64,000 nucleotides of DNA from Eledone cirrhosa (GCA_964016885.1 OZ024743.1:340318001-340382000); one strand, 5' to 3'. Counted from the stretch's first letter, positions 1 through 12,031 are shown. Made by a program: numbers and translations. Notes: generated by a model from the sequence alone, not told the origin.

Positions 1-2344
1 ACGGACTGCCGCAGCTCTCGGCCACTGAGGCGGAGTGTTGCGAAAAGCCGATAACAGCCGCTGAAGTACGTGAGACAATGACTGGCTGCACAAGGGGTAA
101 ATCGCCTGGTTTGGATGGTCTGCCTTCTGAACTTTACGTACAGATGCCAGACTTGTTCGGAGGCCTCTTGGCGGACGTCTACTGCAACTGGCAACAGAAC
201 GGGAGAATTCCCGACTCTGTGAGCCGAGGAGCGGTGGAGCCGCTGAGAAAGGATCCGAACAAGGGGGATAACAGATAATTTCAGGCCCATAACTCTGCTA
301 AACACAGAGTTCAAGATTTTGACTAAGGTGCTAGCAAATAGGTTGGCGCTTGTCGTTGGTGGTCTGGTGGGAGAAGCGCAGACATGCGCCATTCCCGACA
401 GATCCATCCACGACAACCTCCACCTCATGCCATACATCGTAGAGAGGGTAGCTAGGGAACCTGGCACGGCTGGGTCTTTGATCAATTTAGATCAGTCGAA
501 AGCTTTCGATAGGGTCGAAGGCGGCTTGCTTTGGGCCCGTCTTCAGAGGCTGGATCACTACCATGCACAGCGACATTTCCTCTGTGGTGAGAGTGAACGG
601 TCACCTTTCAGAACCGTTCAACATCATGCTCTCGGTCCGCCAAGGATTTCCCCTCTCGTCCCTATTGTACGTATTGACTCTCGAGCCATTACTGCACAAA
701 CTGGAGACGTTGAGGGGGGGTCCCGCGCGAACTAGGATGCGGAAGATCCGTGTCAGCATATGCGGACGATGTCACCGTAGTGGTGTCGAACGCCAAACAC
801 ATCGAGGCGATCGGCACTACACTAAGAGAATACGAAGCGGTGACAGGAGCAATGATAAACCAGGAAAAGTCAGTGGGCCTGCAGCTCGGCACATGGAGAG
901 GCAGGACCATGCCGTCCAACAGCGTCTTCGGGCGCTGGACGACGGACCGGTTAAATTGCTAGGGGTCTGGTTCGGTCCGGACCTCCAGACGGACAAAAAC
1001 TGGGACGAGGTGACGAGCAGGGTGGCTTCTCTCACCCAGAAATGTGCGGAGAGGAAGCTATTCCTAAAAGTTCGAGCGGAGGTGGCTAACGCGTACATCG
1101 CGTCCGTCATCCACTACCGCCTGACCGTCGTACCTTGTCCTAAGCACCGCCTGACTGCGCTGGAGCGTTTACTCTTTCGCTTTTTGTGGAAGGGACACGC
1201 TCCGATGGTCAGGCGGTCCATCTGTTGTCAACACCCGCAACGTGGGAGGCTGGGCATGCCGTGGCTGATGATGCGTAGACACGCGCTCAGGCTACGACAT
1301 CTCCACCTCTTCCTCGACGGTGCTCAGGTGTGGTCGCTGTTTGCTAGACGCGTCTTTCCCCAGCTCGTTTCCTTGACGGAGCTACAGTCCTGTGTCAAGC
1401 GAAGACCGAGAGGGAGCGCTTGGAGACTGGAATGTCTTCAGGCGCTCACAGCCCTCGACCTATCGGGCAATGTGATCGGTGGAAACTCAACCTTGGCGTT
1501 CTATAGAGGATTAGTGGAGGGGAAGAGCGACAACGTACTTGGGAAAACTCTAGGCCTCGACGAAAATCAACTAGCCAATCTCTTTGGAATAACTTTCGGG
1601 CCGGGGCCTATGGACAATTTCCAGAAATCCCTGGCCTGGCAGTGCTACTGAGGAGCTTTGCCAGTTCGGGATAAACTCTACAGGTATGGAGGTGCCGTCA
1701 GCCAGGCATGTCCGAGATGCGCGCAGGGCGACGAAACTGTCCTGCACGCACTCGTCCAGTGTCCGAGCATTGCTGACTTGTGGGTTTATGTCGAACACCT
1801 GCTGTCACGTGTAGGACGGATCCAGCTATCAGCTGAGTCCATCGTGAGGATTGCCCCGCCCTCTTACTTTAACCGGGAAGGGCAGGAAGTTTTTATCTGT
1901 CTGGTGGCCATGGCGAAAGAGATAGTATGGTGGACACGTTTGAAAGGGCTGAAGACGAGCACTTACTTCTTCAGTGATGCCCTGATTAAATTTTTCAAAT
2001 TTCATTTGAAAAGGAAAATCAGGGTAGAGAGCGAAGTGCTCTCTTCCCAGCATTTTGTTGAAAGATGGGTGAGAGAAGCAAGTATGTGTCTGTAAATTAA
2101 AGGTGGAAAACTGGGAGAAGGCACTTGCCCTGGTGGTCAGGGTCACTGTGGCTTTTAATGGGCTTTCTCCACAAATGTCCCTCGTAAGTCTCCCCCCCCC
2201 CTATTGGGGAATTTTTTCATTGTTATTTCTACATCCTCTGTTTTTGTTTTTTACACGCAGAAATGCCCATTTGTACCCTCCTGTATTGTTCTGTACTGTC
2301 CTTAATGTCTACTTTATGTAAACCCTTGTGGTTAATAAAGAAAG

Positions 2345-2345
<1 letters not shown>
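1..2345 (+). mobile_element. Tx1/L1-clade LINE, family A copy 1 (3' part, decayed ORF2)
   Basis: Frameshifted ORFs with RT motifs KSPGLDGLP, FRPITLLN, LDQSKAFDRV, RQGFPLS and YADD, plus a C-terminal CPRC...H...C zinc finger. The 3' UTR ends AATAAAGAAAGC and runs into (TTA)n. Near-identical to ~7186-9063. Confidence 0.93.

Positions 2346-2378
<33 letters not shown>
2346..2378. repeat. (TTA)n microsatellite, insertion target
   Basis: Perfect ATT repeat between the Tx1 3' end and the R4/Dong 3' end. Confidence 0.97.
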
Positions 2379-3519
2379 GTTCTTTGAGTTTCAGTCATTG
2401 ATGTTAATTAACTGGAAAGTTTGTTGAAATGAATATCAAGCCACTACCTGCTGCAGCCTCAGATATTCAGGACGTATCGGAGGGTTCTTGCTGTTCCCAA
2501 CAAGCATGCCTTTTGAAGCGTTCCAAAAAGCGTGGCGGGGCCAATATTCTTTAACCATCCCTGGAAACTTTTTGAGATAGTACCTAGTGCGCCTATGACA
2601 ATCGGGACCACTTTGACTTCATGGCAGTTCCAAATCCTTTTTACCTCCCACTTTAAGTCCTGGTATCGGTTAATTTTCTCCATCTCCTTCTCTTGTACTC
2701 TCGTATCGAATGGGCAGGCCACATCCACAATCAGGCACGATCTTTTTTCCTTGTCCAAAACCACCAAGTCAGGTCTATCGTGTTCCAGTTTCTTGTCCGT
2801 CTGTATCCTAAAATCCCACAGCACCTTCACCTGATCGCTTTCTATCACCGACTCTGGCTTATGCTCATACCACTTCTCAGAATGTGATAAATTGTTTACT
2901 TTGCATAGGTGCCAGTGGATCACCCTGCCCATCACATCATGTCTCCAGCCCTTATAGTGAGTCTGGGCTAGGTGCTTACACTCGGATACAATGTGAGCCA
3001 CAGTCTCCTCTCTCTCTCCACAGATCCTGCACAGTGGGCTAGCCTCCTCCTTGTAAATATGGTGTTTCAACCACTTCGTTTTGAGGGCCTGCTCTTGCGC
3101 AGCCATTAGCATTCCTTCTGTAGCCTTTTTAAGGTCTCTTCTTTTCAACCAGTTCCATGTCTGTGGATCTCTAAATTCAGTTTTCCCAAAGAAGGTACTA
3201 TGAAGGGATTTTTCATGAAGGCTGCTCTTTCTCCTCGTTGTTATTTCCTCCTTGGACATCCCCTGGTCTATTGTCCTCTCCTTCAGCACAATTCTGAGCA
3301 TTGGCTCCCTACTCTCGGTCACGTATTTGTGTAGGTTGCTTTTCTCCATCTGAACACAATCCTCTATGCTGATAAGACCTCTTCCACCTTCAGATCTCCT
3401 TAAGTAGAGTCTATCGACATCACTCCTCTTGTGGAACATGTTGTAGATAGTCAATAGCTTCCTGGTCTTCTTATCCATTTCTTTTTGTTCAGCAACATTC
3501 CATCTCAGAATTCCCGCAC
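2379..3519 (-). mobile_element. R4/Dong-like RLE non-LTR retrotransposon, 5'-truncated
   Basis: Flanked on both sides by (TAA)n on its sense strand. Carries the ORF at 2459-3478. Confidence 0.88.
2459..3478 (-). CDS. C-terminal part of an R4/Dong-like ORF: RT thumb, CCHC finger and restriction-like endonuclease
   Basis: EGGRGL (RT end), CRICGEREETVAHIVSEC (CCHC), RHD, and PDLVVLDK...IVDVACP (PD-(D/E)xK-type RLE). Confidence 0.9.
   Translation of the reverse strand: MDKKTRKLLTIYNMFHKRSDVDRLYLRRSEGGRGLISIEDCVQMEKSNLHKYVTESREPMLRIVLKERTIDQGMSKEEITTRRKSSLHEKSLHSTFFGKTEFRDPQTWNWLKRRDLKKATEGMLMAAQEQALKTKWLKHHIYKEEASPLCRICGEREETVAHIVSECKHLAQTHYKGWRHDVMGRVIHWHLCKVNNLSHSEKWYEHKPESVIESDQVKVLWDFRIQTDKKLEHDRPDLVVLDKEKRSCLIVDVACPFDTRVQEKEMEKINRYQDLKWEVKRIWNCHEVKVVPIVIGALGTISKSFQGWLKNIGPATLFGTLQKACLLGTARTLRYVLNI

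Positions 3520-3565
<46 letters not shown>
3520..3565. repeat. (TTA)n microsatellite
   Basis: Direct reading. Confidence 0.97.
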
Positions 3566-3789
3566 GAATGCGATGGTTGACGGAGGCTCGGCTCTGTAAG
3601 GTATTGTAAATTTTGAACACTATAACAATTGTAAATTGTTTAAAACTTTAACGAACTTGTAGACAAAAACACCCTCCTCCTCGTGAGAGGGGTCTTTCTG
3701 CCCGTTATTTGGCCCTTCGGGGTTAAATAACTGCTTATTGGGGTTTTGTACCCAATATTTATTTTAAACAAAAAAAACAAAAAAACAAC

Positions 3790-5550
3790 ATGGCTACGAA
3801 AAAGAAATTTCATAGGTCACTCCCACTCATTCCGTCTTCTTCTTCCTCAATCATCACTACAGCAGAGAGAAGATTGTCTCTTTCCCTCCCTCCCTTCTTT
3901 AAATGTGTCTCTCTCCCTCCCTTCTCTTTCGAAGCGACGAAAGAAAAGAAAAGTCTCGTGCAAAGCGTGCAAGGTTTCTCCACGACGACGACGACAGCGA
4001 CGAAACAGGTGTGCGGGAAATACGAAAACCCAGTTCATTCGTCTGACGTCAGGAATAATAGCAGTAGCAGCCGTAATAACAACAGCAACAGTGACAATGA
4101 AAACAACAGTAGCAGCCGCAACAGCATCACCAGCAGCATAAACAACAACAGCATTAGCAGCAGCAACACCAACAACAGCCACAGCAACAGCGGCGGAGGC
4201 AGTAGTCGTAGTACCTGCAGCAACAACAAAAGTAACAGCAGCTCTGACGACAACAACAACAACAGCAGCAAAGAAAAACCAATCTCATTTGCAGGTATTG
4301 CGAAAAACTGGGAAACAATCCTCATAACAAATGAGGAATTAGAGGAAGCGAAGAAGATGGTGACAAAGACTGGACACCGAGCAATCTGCAAGGCAGCGGA
4401 AAAATTTTTCGAAACCCAACAGCACTGTACGGTCACGTACCGTACAGTAAGTACAAAATCCCGTAGGGTGGAAAGAGCCACAGAGGCTCAAATACAAAAA
4501 GCCTTGGGGTCTGTGTGGCAGCGGAAAACGCACATCACCCGAGGCAAAAAATATGCCACCGTAGACGTACTTTTTGCCACACCCCAGGAGGCAAAGGGCC
4601 AATCCGTAGTGACCCTAAGGAGCGAGGAAATGGTGTTGGTGCCCTCCTACAGCGGGCAAAAAATTGTGAGGGTCAAACTGACCCACGTCCCCCCCGGGAT
4701 GGCCCCTTCTTGGCTGGCCGCGTCTGTCCTCGTCGGAATCGAGGACAAAACAACTGTACTGCAAGTACAGAAAAAAGTAAGAGAAGATTGGGTCGGCACC
4801 TCCATTGAGATGCTAATCCAAACCAACCAGGAGTGCATCGAAGCTATCCCGGATGTGATAGACTTCGATAACGGCACTCAACTGCCCATAAGTGTTGAGG
4901 GAAAACGCCCGAAATGCTTTCGCTGTGGATCGAAGACTCACCTCAGGGCCTTCTGCAACGAGAAGACCCGGAGAAAGGAGGCAACCCCCCTCCTTCCGAA
5001 ACCGGCTCCACGGCTACCAGCAACAGGACAAGCAGCAACCAGGAACGATAGGTCCGTGACACCCATACCCACGCCACGGAAATCAAAAACAGCAGCAGCA
5101 GTGGAAATATTAACAACAACAACAGCAATACCAAATGCAGCTGCAACAGAGACTCCAGTGCAAACATCACCAACAACAACAACAAGTGAAAGAGTGGAGC
5201 TGGTACCCCTCCCCGACCTTACAGAATCAGACATGGAGTGTGAGGTGGGAGAGGGATGGCAAAAGGTCGTAAGAAGGCACAAACGCAGAAGCAGCGCATC
5301 GTCGCCTTTGAAAAGGGAGGAAAGAAATGAGAAAAGGGTAAAGTCTACTGCAAAGAGACCCACAGCAGCAACACCACCAACACCATCACCACCCACACTA
5401 GCACCACCATCACCACCGGCGACAACCCCACCGCCAACAACACCTTCAACACCACCACCACAAGCACCAACATCGCAAACACAACAACAAAACACACACA
5501 CCCAGCAACAACGACAAGAAAATAGCAGAACCACACCCCACCCCCAGTAA
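3790..5550 (+). CDS. Tx1 ORF1 (gag-like nucleic-acid-binding protein)
   Basis: 586 aa with an Asn/Ser-rich N-terminus, a CCHC knuckle CFRCGSKTHLRAFC, a GWQKVVRR basic motif and a Pro/Thr-rich tail. The stop at 5548 may be premature. Confidence 0.85.
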   Translation: MATKKKFHRSLPLIPSSSSSIITTAERRLSLSLPPFFKCVSLPPFSFEATKEKKSLVQSVQGFSTTTTTATKQVCGKYENPVHSSDVRNNSSSSRNNNSNSDNENNSSSRNSITSSINNNSISSSNTNNSHSNSGGGSSRSTCSNNKSNSSSDDNNNNSSKEKPISFAGIAKNWETILITNEELEEAKKMVTKTGHRAICKAAEKFFETQQHCTVTYRTVSTKSRRVERATEAQIQKALGSVWQRKTHITRGKKYATVDVLFATPQEAKGQSVVTLRSEEMVLVPSYSGQKIVRVKLTHVPPGMAPSWLAASVLVGIEDKTTVLQVQKKVREDWVGTSIEMLIQTNQECIEAIPDVIDFDNGTQLPISVEGKRPKCFRCGSKTHLRAFCNEKTRRKEATPLLPKPAPRLPATGQAATRNDRSVTPIPTPRKSKTAAAVEILTTTTAIPNAAATETPVQTSPTTTTSERVELVPLPDLTESDMECEVGEGWQKVVRRHKRRSSASSPLKREERNEKRVKSTAKRPTAATPPTPSPPTLAPPSPPATTPPPTTPSTPPPQAPTSQTQQQNTHTQQQRQENSRTTPHPQ

Positions 5551-5933
5551 AAACAAATGCACGGCAATAAATACACACAACAAGAAACTAATGACTTACA
5601 TAATTGAACACACAGACATTTCACAACACGACTACATAATACCAGCACCAATCAAAACGCCAACTAACATAAGACTGCTAAAAATAGCACAGAAACAATA
5701 CACAAACATTAAAACGAAATTCCCAACGCAGTTGGTGATTTCAGGGACCTAGGAGGAACTATCAATCGAAGAGTATATTCAGACATTCTCATAGAAGAGC
5801 CGACGACCAGCCGAAGGGACGATTCAACGGTCCCTTCACCAGACGATCAAGTGAAAAGGGATGTAAAAACCATCCCTCCTCTACCAAAAGTACGGTAAAT
5901 GGTCTTTCCCATCTTTTCCACTCTATTTTAAAC

Positions 5934-8813
5934 ATGACCTCACTCAGAATAGGCAGCATAAATGCGCGTGGCTTGGGGTCACCTGCTCAACGACCTCAGG
6001 TCACTAAACATAGATGTAGTGGCCATCAGCGAGACCAGAATCTCCGAAGCACGGGCCTTCGCACCGATCTTCGGCGGCTACGATGTGTACGCATCTCCCA
6101 GCCGTCCTGGATCGGGGGGAGGAGTTGCTATGCTTTTTCGGAGAGGTTTGGATCTCGCCATACGGGCCATCTTCCTGGACCCAGAGGGTAGGCTGGTGGT
6201 GCTGGACGTGACCAGCGGAGACGGGAAAGCTTTCAGGCTAGTGGCCGTCTATGCCCCGACATGAGCAGGGCGGCCTGATTTCTTCCGGCGTCTGGAGACC
6301 TTTCTTGGAACGTCCCGCTCTTTAGTGTTAGTGGGCGACTGGAACGGGATCTTAGATGCACGCTGGGACTGTGTGGGATTAGCGGATAGGGGTGGAGGGT
6401 GCAAGATCCTCACCAAACTGCTCAGGCGTTTTGAACTGTCTGACAGGTACCGATTGGATTTCCCGAATGTGCCAATGTGGACTTGGACAAACCGCACAGG
6501 GTCATCCAGATCATATATAGATAGAGTATTTTGTAGAGAAATAGATAGGTCTAGCATAGGCTGTCCACAATTCAAGATAGTCAGCTACACGGACCACAAA
6601 TTCGTGATCTGTGTGCTTGACTTAGATAGGCTTCATAGACGAGGACCCGGCTACTGGAGGCTAAACGCGTCCTTACCAGCGCGCAAGGCCTACAGAGACC
6701 TGATTAGCGAACTAGTTAAGCGGGCGTTGACGGGGGCCATCGTCAACAGCAAGTGGTGGTTTGCTCTGAAAAGAGCGATTAGAATAGAGTCCATTAGGTT
6801 TAGTAAGGCTTTAGCAATAGAGAAAAATAGAGCGGAGGGAGAACTAGTTAGAAAATTAGACGAGGCGCTTAGCAAAGGCATTGCGACCGACGTGCTTGCG
6901 GCGAAATTGGCCCTTGACCAATTCTTCAATGCAAAGCACGAAGGCTGCGTTGTCAGAGCTAGGGTGCGTGCTCTCAGACACGAGGGGACGAAAGCCGTTC
7001 AATGGGCCCGAGTGGCGGAGGCGCGTCGTGGCAACAAAGCCACGATCCGGTCTTTGGTGGACCACGACGGGCGCATGCTACTCGATCCCGGGCAAATGTG
7101 TGAAGCTTTTCAGCGACACTTCGCTCAGCTGTTCGGGGGCAGCGGTGGGCCGGGTCGAGGGATGGACTTTAGTGTCTACCTCGACGGACTGCCGTGGCTC
7201 TCGGCCACTGAGGCGGAGTGTTGCGAAAAGCCGATAACAGCCGCAGAAGTAAGGGAGGCAATGACTGGCTGCACAAGGGGTAAATCGCCTGGTTTGGATG
7301 GTCTGCCCTATGAACTTTACGTACAGATGCCAGACTTGTTCGGAGGCCTCTTGGCGGACGTCTAATGCAACTGGCAACAGAACGGAAGAATTCCCAGTTC
7401 TGTGAGCCGAGGAGCGCGAACTAGGATGCGGAAGATCCGTGTCAGCATATGCGAACGATGTCACCGTAGTGGTGTCGAACGCCAAACACATCGAGGCGAT
7501 CGGCACTATACTAAGAGAATACGAAGCGGTGACAGGAGCAATGATCAACCAGGAAAAGTCAGTGGGCCTGCAGCTCGGCACCTGGAGAGGCAGGTCCATG
7601 CCGTCCAACAGCGTCGTCGGACGCTGGACGGACGGACCGGTTAAATTGCTAGGGGTCTGGTTCGGTCCGGACCTCCAGACGGACAAAAACTGGGACGAGG
7701 TGACGAGCAGGGTGGCTTCTCTCACCCAGAAATGTGCGGAGAGGAAGCTATCCCTGAAAGGTCGAGCGGAGGTGGCTAACGCGTACATCGCGTCTGTCAT
7801 CTGCTACCGCCTGACCGTCGTACCTTGTCCTAAGCCTCGCCTTACTGCGCTGGAGCGTTTGCTCTTTCGCTTTTTGTGGAAGGGACGCGCTCCGATGGTC
7901 AGGCGGACCATCTGTTGTCAACACCCGCTACGTGGAGGGCTGGGCATGCCGTGGCTGATGATGCGCAGGCACGCGCTCAGGCTACGACATCTCCACCTCT
8001 TCCTCGACGGTGATCAGGTGTGGTCGCCGTTTGCTAGACACGTATTTCTCCAGCTCGTTTCCTTGACGGAGCTGCAGTCCTGGGTCAAGCGAAGACCGAG
8101 AGGGAGCGCCTGGAGACTGGAATGTCTTCAGGCGCTCACAGCCCTCGACCAATCGGGCAATGTGATCGGTGGAAACTCCACCTCGGCGTTCTATAGAGGA
8201 TTAGTGGAGGGGAAGAGCGACGACGTACTTGGGGAAACTCTAGGCGTCGACGAAAATCAACTAGCCAATCTCTTCGGAAGAACTTTCGGGCCAGTGCCTA
8301 TGGACAACTTCCAGAAATCTCTGGCCTGGCAGTGCTACCGAGGAGCCTTGCCAGTTCGGGATAAACTCTACAGGCATGGAGGTGCCGTCAGCCGGGCATG
8401 TCCGAGATGCGCGCAGGGCGACGAAACAGTCCTGCACGCACTCGTCCAGTGTCCGAAAATTGCTGACTTGTGGGTTTATGTCGAACACCTGCTGTCGCAT
8501 TTAGGACGGAACCGGCTATCATCTGAGTCCATCGTGAGGATTGCCCCGCCCTCCTTTAGCCGGCAAGGGCAGGCAGTTTTTATCTGTCTGGTGGCCATGG
8601 CGAAAGAGATAGTATGGTGGACACGTTTGAAAGGGCTGAAGACGAGCACTTACCTCTTCGGTGATGCTCTGATTGACTTTTTCAAATTTCATTTGAAAAG
8701 GAAAATCAGAGTAGAGAGGGAAGTGCTTTTCTTCCCAGCATTTTGTTGAAAGATGGGTGAGAGAAGCAAGAATGGCCCGAGTGAATGGGCCTACTCTGAG
8801 TATATATCTGTAA
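5934..8813 (+). pseudogene. Tx1 ORF2 (APE endonuclease, RT, zinc finger), disrupted
   Basis: MTSLRIGSINARGL, SETR, VYAP, GDWN, IDR and TDH APE motifs. Frameshift near 5980, stops at 6262 and 7363, and a ~0.5-kb RT-core deletion at ~7414 with GCG microhomology relative to copy 1. Confidence 0.9.
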
Positions 8814-9061
8814 ATTAAAGGTGGAAAACTGGGAGAGGGCACTTGCCTTGGTGGTCAGGGTCATTGTGGCTTTTTACTGGGCTTTCTCCACAAATGTCCC
8901 TCCGAAGTCTCCCCCCTATTGGGGAATCATTCATCGTTATTTTTTGTTACACCCTCTGTTTTTGTTTTTTACACGCAGAAATGCCCATTTGTACCGTCCT
9001 GTATTGTCCTGCACTGTCCTTAATGTCTACTTTATGTAAACCCTTGTGGTTAATAAAGAAA

Positions 9062-9063
<2 letters not shown>

Positions 9064-9113
<50 letters not shown>
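9064..9113. repeat. (TTA)n microsatellite
   Basis: Direct reading. Confidence 0.97.
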
Positions 9114-9114
<1 letters not shown>

Positions 9115-9115
9115 A

Positions 9116-9320
9116 AGGGCGGTGGATTGGCAGTATCGGCAGAGAGTCGGACACCATGCTTTTCAGTATAGAGTCACGGCCCTTTACGGTCTATGTTCAA
9201 ATATCGCATTGCCTTTCCAAAATACGGGGTCGATGAAATAAAGTACCAATAATGTACTGGGGTCGATTTAACCGACTCCCCCTCCTCCAAATTACTGGCC
9301 TTGTGCCTAGAATAGAAATC
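9116..9320 (+). mobile_element. tRNA-derived SINE (family 1)
   Basis: A/B-box-like head (TGGCAGTATCGG...GTTCAAAT) and body GGGGTCGATGAAATAAAGTACC...GGCCTTGTGCCTA. Decayed relatives at ~11855-12030(+), 15440-15610(-), 16850-17010(+), 57065-57120(-) and 58165-58300(-). Confidence 0.75.
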
Positions 9321-9517
9321 ACTATTATTGTCATTTGCGTTGTGACGCACACACTTCAAATTTCAAATTTTCCTCTTCTTAAGTCAACCATTGTTTATAT
9401 GTGTGTGTCTGTATATATATATATATATATTAATATATAAGTATTGAAGTTTCCGTTGAAAATTGAAAAAGTCATAGGAGTGAAGAGTGCTCTATGTATA
9501 ATAAACAATACAATATA

Positions 9518-9596
9518 ATTACCTCATTACCAGAGGTTTCCCGAATAAGACGAATACGAAAAAAAACGTCCTCATTCGTTCGTCGGACAAGGCAAT
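9518..9596 (-). ncRNA. Type I hammerhead ribozyme, CCGACGA core variant
   Basis: Stem I AUUGCCUUGU/AUGAGGUAAU, core CCGACGA, stem II CGAAUGAGGACG/CGUCUUAUUCG, then GAAACC-UCU-GGUA. Confidence 0.75.
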
Positions 9597-10912
9597 TTAA
9601 AACATAGTGAAATAATTGGAAAGTCTCCTCAAGAAATGCAAAAATATATAAATAAAAGTAATGCAAGAGATATATAAAAAAATATATAAAATATATAAGG
9701 AAATATAGTTAGGTATGTGTATATGTATGTATATAAACTCACAAATGTACATATGTGTGTATGTACAATTGCATGTGTATGGTGAAAATGTGTGCGTAAG
9801 TACATATATGAGGGCAAGTATATTTGTGTATATGTGACCACAAATACGGATATAATATGAGTTGAAAAAGAAAATGATAATATAGTTGACATGCACCCAG
9901 ATACAGGTATTAAATACACATAAGAGTATGAAAGCACGCGTATAAACACACACACACGCGCGGTCACTTATATGCGGAAGATAAAGAGGGAAGGGAGTGT
10001 AATAGTAAAAAGAAGTGCCATTCTCGATATATGTATAAAAATGAAACAGTATATGAGAATGAAAAACATTTTTAAATGAAAGAGAAAGTAATCAATTAAC
10101 ACTAGAGAAAAGAAAACAAACATAGGTACTCACGTACATACACAGATATCTATAAAAAACATATATCTATAAAAAAATATTTATACACACAAATACGCAC
10201 AGACAAAAGCGCATGCATGCGTACATACATACACACGAGGCACGTATATATATATATATATATATATATCGCCCCATGTATATCTAATCACACGTACGTA
10301 CGCGACTATATATATATATATATACACATACACATACCCATCCATACATACATATACATATATACACACATACATACACATTCACGTACATTCACCCGCT
10401 TACACACACACGTGAAAATAAGAATGTAAAAAAGATAGATGTAAAAACATAGATATAAAAACACACATACACACACATATATATACACGTACGCACGCGC
10501 ACATACGGAGGCGTTCGTATACATATACAGAACGTATACGCACATAAGCACACTCAGACACATAGATACAGAGTATAAAGCAGCCTTATGAATAAATGAG
10601 TACAACTATAAAATCGGCTGCGAAATAACAGAATATATCTGGAGTGGAAAACGCAAGTGACTTTTTAAATCAGGTAGTGAAAGAAAATGGGGAAGTAAAA
10701 TGTGGAATGTGAAGATATTAGGTAAGTGAATCGAAGAGTAGGGGTGAGGGGTGGGGGGTTACTGGTGGATGTGAAGTAAAAATAAAAATTAAATTAAAAA
10801 TAAAGTTAAAAATGAAAGTAAATCAGAAAGAGAAGTCTGTAATGAGAATAATTTAAGGAAAGTGAAGAATAAGAGCTTATGGAGGATAAGTATCTGAAAG
10901 TGAGTTAAGTTT

Positions 10913-11380
10913 CTATGAGCTGGAAAGCAAGAGTGATTTCATGTGTGGGCAACTGGTGAAAATTTCTGTTTTTGTATTTAGGCAGGTTTTTGGTGATTTA
11001 AGGTTTTGTAAAATCCAATATTTTTCACTTATGCAGAGAGTGCATCTTCTAGTTCCTCTTGCATATTCTTCAGATTGGTTCAAAATTGACCAATCCAATT
11101 TATATTGGATACCTTGGTCTTTCAAATCCCATATTCTGCTAGCCAGAGCTGTTGTGAATTTTTTTCTGGATGTCGGAAAGATGCGACATGTGAGTAATAA
11201 CGCGTTTTGAATTTGTCTTGTGTCATACCCACATATCGTTCGCTGGTGGCTGGTTGATTGTTGCTGATGGTTGTCACTTTAGCCGCATATACAATGGCTT
11301 TGGTGTTGCATTTACCTTGTAATGGGCATTCACTTTTGACTCTACAGGAGCAATTTTGATGTTCTCTGGGTGATTTCTTA
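10913..11380 (-). pseudogene. Penelope GIY-YIG endonuclease fragment
   Basis: CSCRVKSECPLQGKC..IVYAAKV..YVGMT..FKTRYYSH, then a frameshift, then CTLCISEK...LN..TE...CPH. Confidence 0.88.
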
Positions 11381-11425
11381 TTGCATTTCTTGAGGAGACT
11401 TTGCAAATATTTCACTATGTTTTAT

Positions 11426-11503
11426 ATTACCTTGTCCGACGAACGAATGAGGACGTTTTTTTCGTATTCGTCTTATTCGGGAAACCTCTGGTAATGAGGT
11501 AAT
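11426..11503 (+). ncRNA. Type I hammerhead ribozyme, CCGACGA core variant
   Basis: Inverted copy of 9518-9596. Predicted cut after A11493. Confidence 0.75.
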
Positions 11504-11525
11504 TATATTGTATTGTTTATTATAC

Positions 11526-11580
<55 letters not shown>

Positions 11581-11672
11581 CAAAGGAATTGTGGTAAGGA
11601 ACCAGATGGACCATAACGCACCAGAGTACTCAATACTTAGGGTAGTAGAGTGGGAAATAGGAAAAAGTATGA

Positions 11673-11766
11673 CCCCGACGGCAGAGCTCAAGCCGTTTCG
11701 ACGGCTATTTCTGGACTAAATTATAATTTTTTGCCTGGTGCATAAATAGCCGAACTTATCAAGGGG
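11673..11766 (-). ncRNA. Type I hammerhead ribozyme, U3-A8 core (UUGAUAA)
   Basis: Stem I CCCC/GGGG, stem II CGGCUAUUU/AAAUAGCCG, then GAAACGGC..GCCGUC. 3'-half copies at 54362-54570 and 56738-56925. Confidence 0.72.
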
Positions 11767-12031
11767 GTACTTCCTTATATAGGAAGATTGTAGTTGTCGA
11801 GAGGATTGGTTAAAATTTGTTGTAAACACAAATAAGTCTATCATGGCATTTGGTGGGCGGTAGGGGTGGCTGAACTTGACAGTAGAAGAATAGGGGAGTG
11901 AGTTGAGCGGTTCAAATTCGTCCCATCCAGGTTAACTTTGCTTTTTTGTCCTTTCGGGGCAGATAAAATAAAGTGCCAATAACATACGGGAATCGATTTA
12001 ATCGACTTTCTCTCTTCCCCCAAATCAGAAA

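Larger units (their letters stand above)
3566..9063 (+). mobile_element. Tx1/L1-clade LINE, family A copy 2 (5' UTR, ORF1 and disrupted ORF2)
   Basis: Bounded by (TTA)n on both sides. Contains ORF1, APE-RT-zf ORF2 remnants and a 3' AATAAA. Confidence 0.93.
9440..11530 (-). mobile_element. Penelope-like element (GIY-YIG 3' part, 3' UTR/pLTR, inverted partial pLTR at 11381-11530)
   Basis: GIY-YIG ORF remnants at 10913-11390. 11381-11527 is the reverse complement of ~9495-9641. Confidence 0.85.

Noticed and set aside
4035-5651. Antisense Leu/Val/Gly-rich ORFs over Tx1 ORF1 (also 23149-24910)
   Set aside because: They are shadow frames of the AAC/ACC-rich sense strand.
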